Of a stretch of DNA of 64,000 nucleotides, positions 59,002 to 64,000 are shown in pieces. Under the pieces are notes generated by a model, which was not told the DNA's origin, did not search any database, and saw only the letters and a list, made by a program, of their open reading frames with translations. Numbering within the stretch: the stretch's first letter is position 1; every line of letters begins with the position of its first letter. Source of the DNA: Raillietiella orientalis (Eukaryota); NCBI GenBank assembly GCA_036172245.1, contig JAYWIR010000010.1, positions 744,001-808,000 on the forward strand, read 5' to 3'. The translations under genes and the position numbers were made by a program.

Positions 59002-61472
59002 ATGATTTCTGTACGTAAGAAGCCGTTCTCCGCCTTGATTCCCTCCATGTTACCCCAGGAAATCATATACAGCTTAAACAAGGAAGATGCTTATAAGTTA
59101 AGAAAATGGAAGTTTATATAGTTTCCGGAATTGTGTGATTTTAGATATGATGAATTTGGTTTTTGCCTGTTATCAGATACACTAGGGCAATCAGATGGCA
59201 GTATTGAAGAAACTGAGGAAAAAGAGGAAATAGAACAAAAGTAAATGGGTTGATGCATTTCTTTTGTATTTATGTATGTGCAGATTGCAGTGGGAAGCAT
59301 ACTCAGAATCTGTCAACACCAATAAATTAGATGGAGAGCCATGGCCACAAACAGAACGATTGCATGCCCTTCTGCAGATTGGTATACCACATTCTTTACG
59401 ACCTCAGATATGGCTACGATTGTCTGGTAATATTCATAATTGCCTTCTGTGGTTAATTTGTGATTAGGTGGCTTACAAAAAAACTTATCTTCTGAAACGT
59501 CGTATAATCAGATTGTCAAAGCTAGTGCAAATGATCATCTGCTAAATTCTCCTCTTATAGAAAAAGATTTGACACGTACCTTGCCCACTAACATTTGTTT
59601 TTCCCATATTAATAGTACTGGAATACCCAGACTTCGTCGTGTTTTGCAGGCCATTAGCTTAGTGTATCCAGATATTGGGTGAGCATCTTGTCTTACCCAA
59701 TGGAAAATCGCATCCTTTAATTTCATTCTATAGTTACTGCCAAGGTTTAATGGTTATTGCTGCTTTCCTTCTTCTTCTTATGGAGGAGGAGGATACTTTC
59801 TGGATGATGACAGCACTAATTGAAAATGTGTTGCCTCCCTTGTATTATGCACCTCGTCTCCTTGGTTTGCAAGCAGAGCAGAAGGCTTTTCAGTGTTTAC
59901 TGCCTGTAGCTCTGCCAGCATTGGCAACCTTGTTGTCTCAGCACAATATGGAATTGCCTTTAGTGACATCCCAGTGGTTCTTGACTTTGTTTGCTGGTGT
60001 ACTCCAGCCAAGAGTATTGTTGCGAATCTGGGATCTACTTTTCTGTGAAGGAATGCCTACTCTGTTCTGTGTGGCCTTGGCCATTTTGCAGTTGCAAGGC
60101 AAGTCGTGCATCAATTACTCTGCATCTCATTTTTCCATCAAGAAAGTGAATTGTTACAGTTGAGTAATTCAGCTGAAATCTTCAGTCAAATGGCAGACCT
60201 CCCTAGGACCATCATCCATGCCAGTCAATTAATGAAAGCTGCTGCAGGCATGATGGCTCTCATTGATGCCTCCTATCTGAGTGAAGTGCGTAGGAAGTGT
60301 TTAGATGAGCTGCTAGCTTCTCAGGGCATACTAATATCACGTCAGCATTTGTATCGATGCAATAATAGTCATAATCGTTTACAACAGCTCTTCTCATCTG
60401 TTGATCCTTTTGAGGATCCTCGATGGAAGAACATTCGACAAACAGAGATGTTGTTAGATCTTCATGATGCCATTTTGATGGTGGCCCAGCACTTTTGTAA
60501 TTCTGAACCAAAGTTTTCTGATCTCTCTCTCACTCCAGACTATTCATTGGAAAGTCACAACCATGACCATGAGACTTTTATGACCATTAATGTGAGCAGG
60601 AGAAAAAGAGCAAGAGCTCTTGCAGGTAGGCAGTTTGAAAATGCAAAAGCAAGTCGTGATAGATTTTGAGCGACATGATGATGATGAACTGGGTTTCAAA
60701 AAAAATGATGTCATCACTGTGATAGCAGCCCGTGATGAGCACTGCTGGATAGGAGAGCTTAATGGTCTCCAGGGCTGGTTCCCTGCAAGACTTGTTGCTC
60801 TTTTGGATGAGCGTACCAAAGAATATACCCCTGCAGGAGATGATGCAGTGTGCCCTGCAGTGGCTGATTTAGTGCGTGGACCTTTATGCACAGCAATCAA
60901 GCGAATACTGGAAAGTGGCATGAGACGATGTTCTTTATTAGGTGGCACATGCCACCCATGGCTATTTATTGAAGAAGTAGCAAAGCATGAAGTGGAAAAA
61001 GATTTCTATTCAGTATACTCACGACTGGTTTTGTGTCGCACTTTTCGTCTTGATGAGGATGGCAAAGTACTAACTCCTGAAGAGGTGAGTCACCCATTTT
61101 CAATTTTCATTACCTGTCATTCAGTTGCTCTTTCGGTGTGTCAATGCAACCAACATGAGTCATGATTGCCATCATGCCCAGATGGATGTGAAGTTACGTA
61201 GTCTTGTGTGTTTGGGACTTAATGAACAAGTGCTCCATTTATGGTTAGAAATATTCTGCTCATGTACTCCAGTTGTTGAACGGTGGTACCAACCAGCCAG
61301 TTTTCTACGTTCTCCTGGTTGGGTTCAGATCAAGTGCGAGTTGCGCTTATTGGCACAACTCCCCTTCACATTAAATGCAGACTACGAATTACCGCCCCCA
61401 AAAGTTGATGCCCTACAAGAAGGTGTGCAGGACATGTTGGTTAAGCATCATTTATTCAGCTGGGATTTATAA
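59002..61472 (+). CDS. SGSM3: Small G protein signaling modulator 3 (RabGAP TBC + SH3 + RUN); exons 59002-59096, 59145-59240, 59284-59426, 59468-59678, 59734-60098, 60143-60625, 60663-61084, 61125-61472
   Basis: N-terminal [14 protein letters not shown]...YDEFGF. TBC motifs [24 protein letters not shown] (R-finger) and GYCQG (Q-finger). SH3 motif [21 protein letters not shown]...[18 protein letters not shown] region HPWLFIEE...VYSRLVLC...[12 protein letters not shown], ending KHHLFSWDL*. Confidence 0.95.
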
Positions 61473-62545
61473 ATTTGGATTGCTTGCTTGTGCAGTTAGG
61501 GATCATAGCATGATTGATTTCAAAGACACGCACCAATTCCTGCCATTCATCATGATTAATGCCCATGATGAGTTGTTCACACTGCTGCAAATCTTGGGTA
61601 GGGTTGGGCTCCATGGGTTGTATAATAGGAAGATCATATGCATCCAATTTGATACATGCATACCCATCACGCACCAAAAATGATACCAAAAACATGTTGT
61701 GGACAGTTTGTTCTAAAGAGTTGGGGTCAACAACAAACTCAAAATAACACAAGGGTTCATGACCATTGCATGCATACATCTGTTGCAGCACTTGAAGCAC
61801 AAATTCTACTTCCTTAGTAGTAGTCTCCTCTAAATTCAAGTTGGTCACCTATTGCAGAAAGCCTGTTAGGTAAGAGCAAGCTGGCAAACTTAATACCTGA
61901 GTGGGCTGAATGACCTCTTGGCTTTGCACCTTCCCAGTGTTGCGTGAGCGCTGAGATGCTTGTTTCGATTGTACACCAAAGCTGTGGTCAAAAGATCCAT
62001 ACAAAAAATCAAAACATGGTGCATGCTGAGTGCGGGGGATGACTTTCTTGCCCAATTCTACCCATCGCCACGATGGAATGTGACCTTGATTATCACCTAA
62101 ATGGGTGATCTGAAATACCTCACAATACAGCCACAAAGTGAATTACCAATTTCTCTGTGAATTCATTCAAATGAAAGCTGATAGGTCCCGAACTAATCGA
62201 CTGTGCATGGATCCGAGATCGAGTGGCACATAACAAAATATACTGTGAATCCAGAGCAGCTTCCCGTGGATTGACAACTGTGATTGCATGTACAACTTTG
62301 AAGACTTTGTAAATTAAAAATCAAACCTTCAACAAGATCAAATACTTTATCTGCTTGTTGCAATGCTTGGTGGATTTCATCGATATCCTTCACGCTACCT
62401 CCAACATTTTGTTCTTCTACTGAATCAGTTGAACCACTTATATGTATGCTGTGTACTCACTTTCGAGGTCTAAAATCATATCTCTGTATTTTTGTCTCAT
62501 CTGGCAGAACAGATGCTCAGCATCAGAACCTGGTAGATTTTGCAT
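61456..62545 (-). CDS. NSMCE4A: Non-SMC element 4 (kleisin of the SMC5/6 complex); exons 62545-62461, 62419-62327, 62277-62147, 62109-61897, 61848-61456
   Basis: Nse4 motifs [26 protein letters not shown]...PCFDFLYG and the C-terminal winged helix [27 protein letters not shown]. Introns are GT-AG and phase-consistent. The start codon at 62545 is inferred. Confidence 0.9.
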
Positions 62546-64000
62546 TTTCAGATTTTCCCAGAGCTATCCCAAAGCTGGATCTGTTAAGGTTTACTTGATT
62601 TTTTTTGGGGTACTTTTGTTTCCAAGCATATTTTGGAACAGTGTTCAGTTAAGCCTTGTTCTCAAGTTTCCATTCAATGTTTTTAAAAGCTTCGACTTTT
62701 TACCATATGAAGCAACGTGCGATTCAGAACACTAATATTCCATATTAAGGAAACAATTAAATGCTTTCATTGCAGTTCAGGTAAGTTTGTGGACGAGCTT
62801 AACATCACAATTTGTGCAACGATAGCTACCTTAATATTGAGGGTTGACTGCCAAATTAAAATAAAAGGGAGCTATGCAGATGAAATTCAAAATGCTCAAC
62901 ATGGTGGCATCCAATATTGTCCAGACGTTGTCCATTAATAAGTGAACCGCGTTACACGCTTTATTTCAACTCAAAAATGAACACTGGAAGATTCACAATT
63001 GGCACGGACCTTTTCTCCACTTTAGCAAAGTAAGGTGTTATTGAACTACAAAAACGTTTTCTTTCTTTGGTAAGTATAGCCTCATCATTCGAATGCATAT
63101 GAATAACGCTTAAAGTTATCGCTTTCCGCCTTTTGCAACAGCATAGCCGCTTCTGTTCAGATTCTTCTGAATCTAAAAATCCAGCTTATATCCAACACAT
63201 TTGTTCGCGTTTAAAGTTTTTTAAAATGATAACCATATATTAAATGTTAAAAACAAGAAAATTTTTCCATTCTGAAAATAGGTCATCATGCATAGATCGA
63301 TGGTTTATGAGATTCCTAATTTCGAGTTGAATATGCTAATAACCATGATTCACAATGATTATGAAATGGTACACAGTTTTGTGAATTCTATTGAAATAGC
63401 ATGACTTTCGACACTGTTTTTACAAGTCATAACACCTCCTTCAATATGGAGTGCTTTAAATTCAACAAAATCATTGCATGTCCGCAGTTAATTTTTCAGT
63501 GAGCAAACGTAGACTAGTGCTTGAAATATGCATGCACTTTTGATATATGTATTGATGCATTTAATTCGTAGATTTTCTGCAGTTTTATTGTTCCATAACA
63601 TGAACTGGTTGTTTGTAATTCTCATTACATTAATGTAATGAGAATTACAAACTTCAGAAAGTACGAAAGATAGTGAAGCATTCTGTGAAAACTTTGCAAT
63701 CTGTGGAATCTTTCCACTCTAAAACGAGTGAACAATGAACTGCGAGTACATCCATGGAATTTTATCCATTACTCGTGAAAAAATGCCATCTTCCCAGCTC
63801 TTTGTGGTCGGGACTGTTTTCTTTGACCAATGGCATAACAAAATTGCCTTAAATTTGTGGAGCAAGTCATGAGTTACTTCTGAAATTGTTATCAAATTGA
63901 AAAAGTTGACTTCATTTTTAAAACAACAGCCTACATTTACTTTGCACTTATACAGTGAGTCTCCCGGGAGGAAAAAAAAGAAAAAGAAACGGAATATATT

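Noticed and set aside
62770..62790. AAACTTACCTG on the minus strand, resembling the U1 snRNA 5' end
   Set aside because: No U1 stem-loops follow; it is simply the complement of a 5' splice-site consensus.

Overview
Eukaryotic genomic DNA, probably from a nematode-like invertebrate. This is inferred from the very short 37-60 nt introns and TTTTCAG/TTTTAG acceptors; the organism cannot be confirmed from sequence alone. The window is sharply compartmentalised. AT-rich islands (about 1-4.4 kb, 42.3-47.8 kb and 58.75-64 kb) hold compact housekeeping genes: LRPAP1/RAP (44832-46444 +), SGSM3/RUTBC3 (TBC-SH3-RUN; 59002-61472 +) and NSE4/NSMCE4 (61456-62545 -). The SGSM3 and NSE4 coding sequences overlap tail-to-tail by 17 bp. 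GC- and CpG-rich blocks (about 4.4-42.3 kb and 47.8-58.75 kb) are largely heavily decayed non-LTR retrotransposons interrupted by homopolymers and microsatellites. They include RTE-, CR1/L2- and L1-like remnants and a clearly recognisable Utopia/NeSL-clade element with no visible U2 snRNA flank. Most long ORFs in the supplied track for these blocks are artefacts of high GC. Inside the GC-rich block is a candidate orphan minus-strand gene with phase-compatible exons at 17142-16972, 16837-16690 and 10615-10314. It would encode a Cys-rich N-glycosylatable segment, a hydrophobic helix and an acidic Tyr-rich motif. The gene is bracketed by two 100%-identical 159-bp direct repeats, one of which overlaps its first exon. 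No rRNA, tRNA, snRNA or CRISPR array could be supported. All family assignments come from motif recognition by eye, not database searches.
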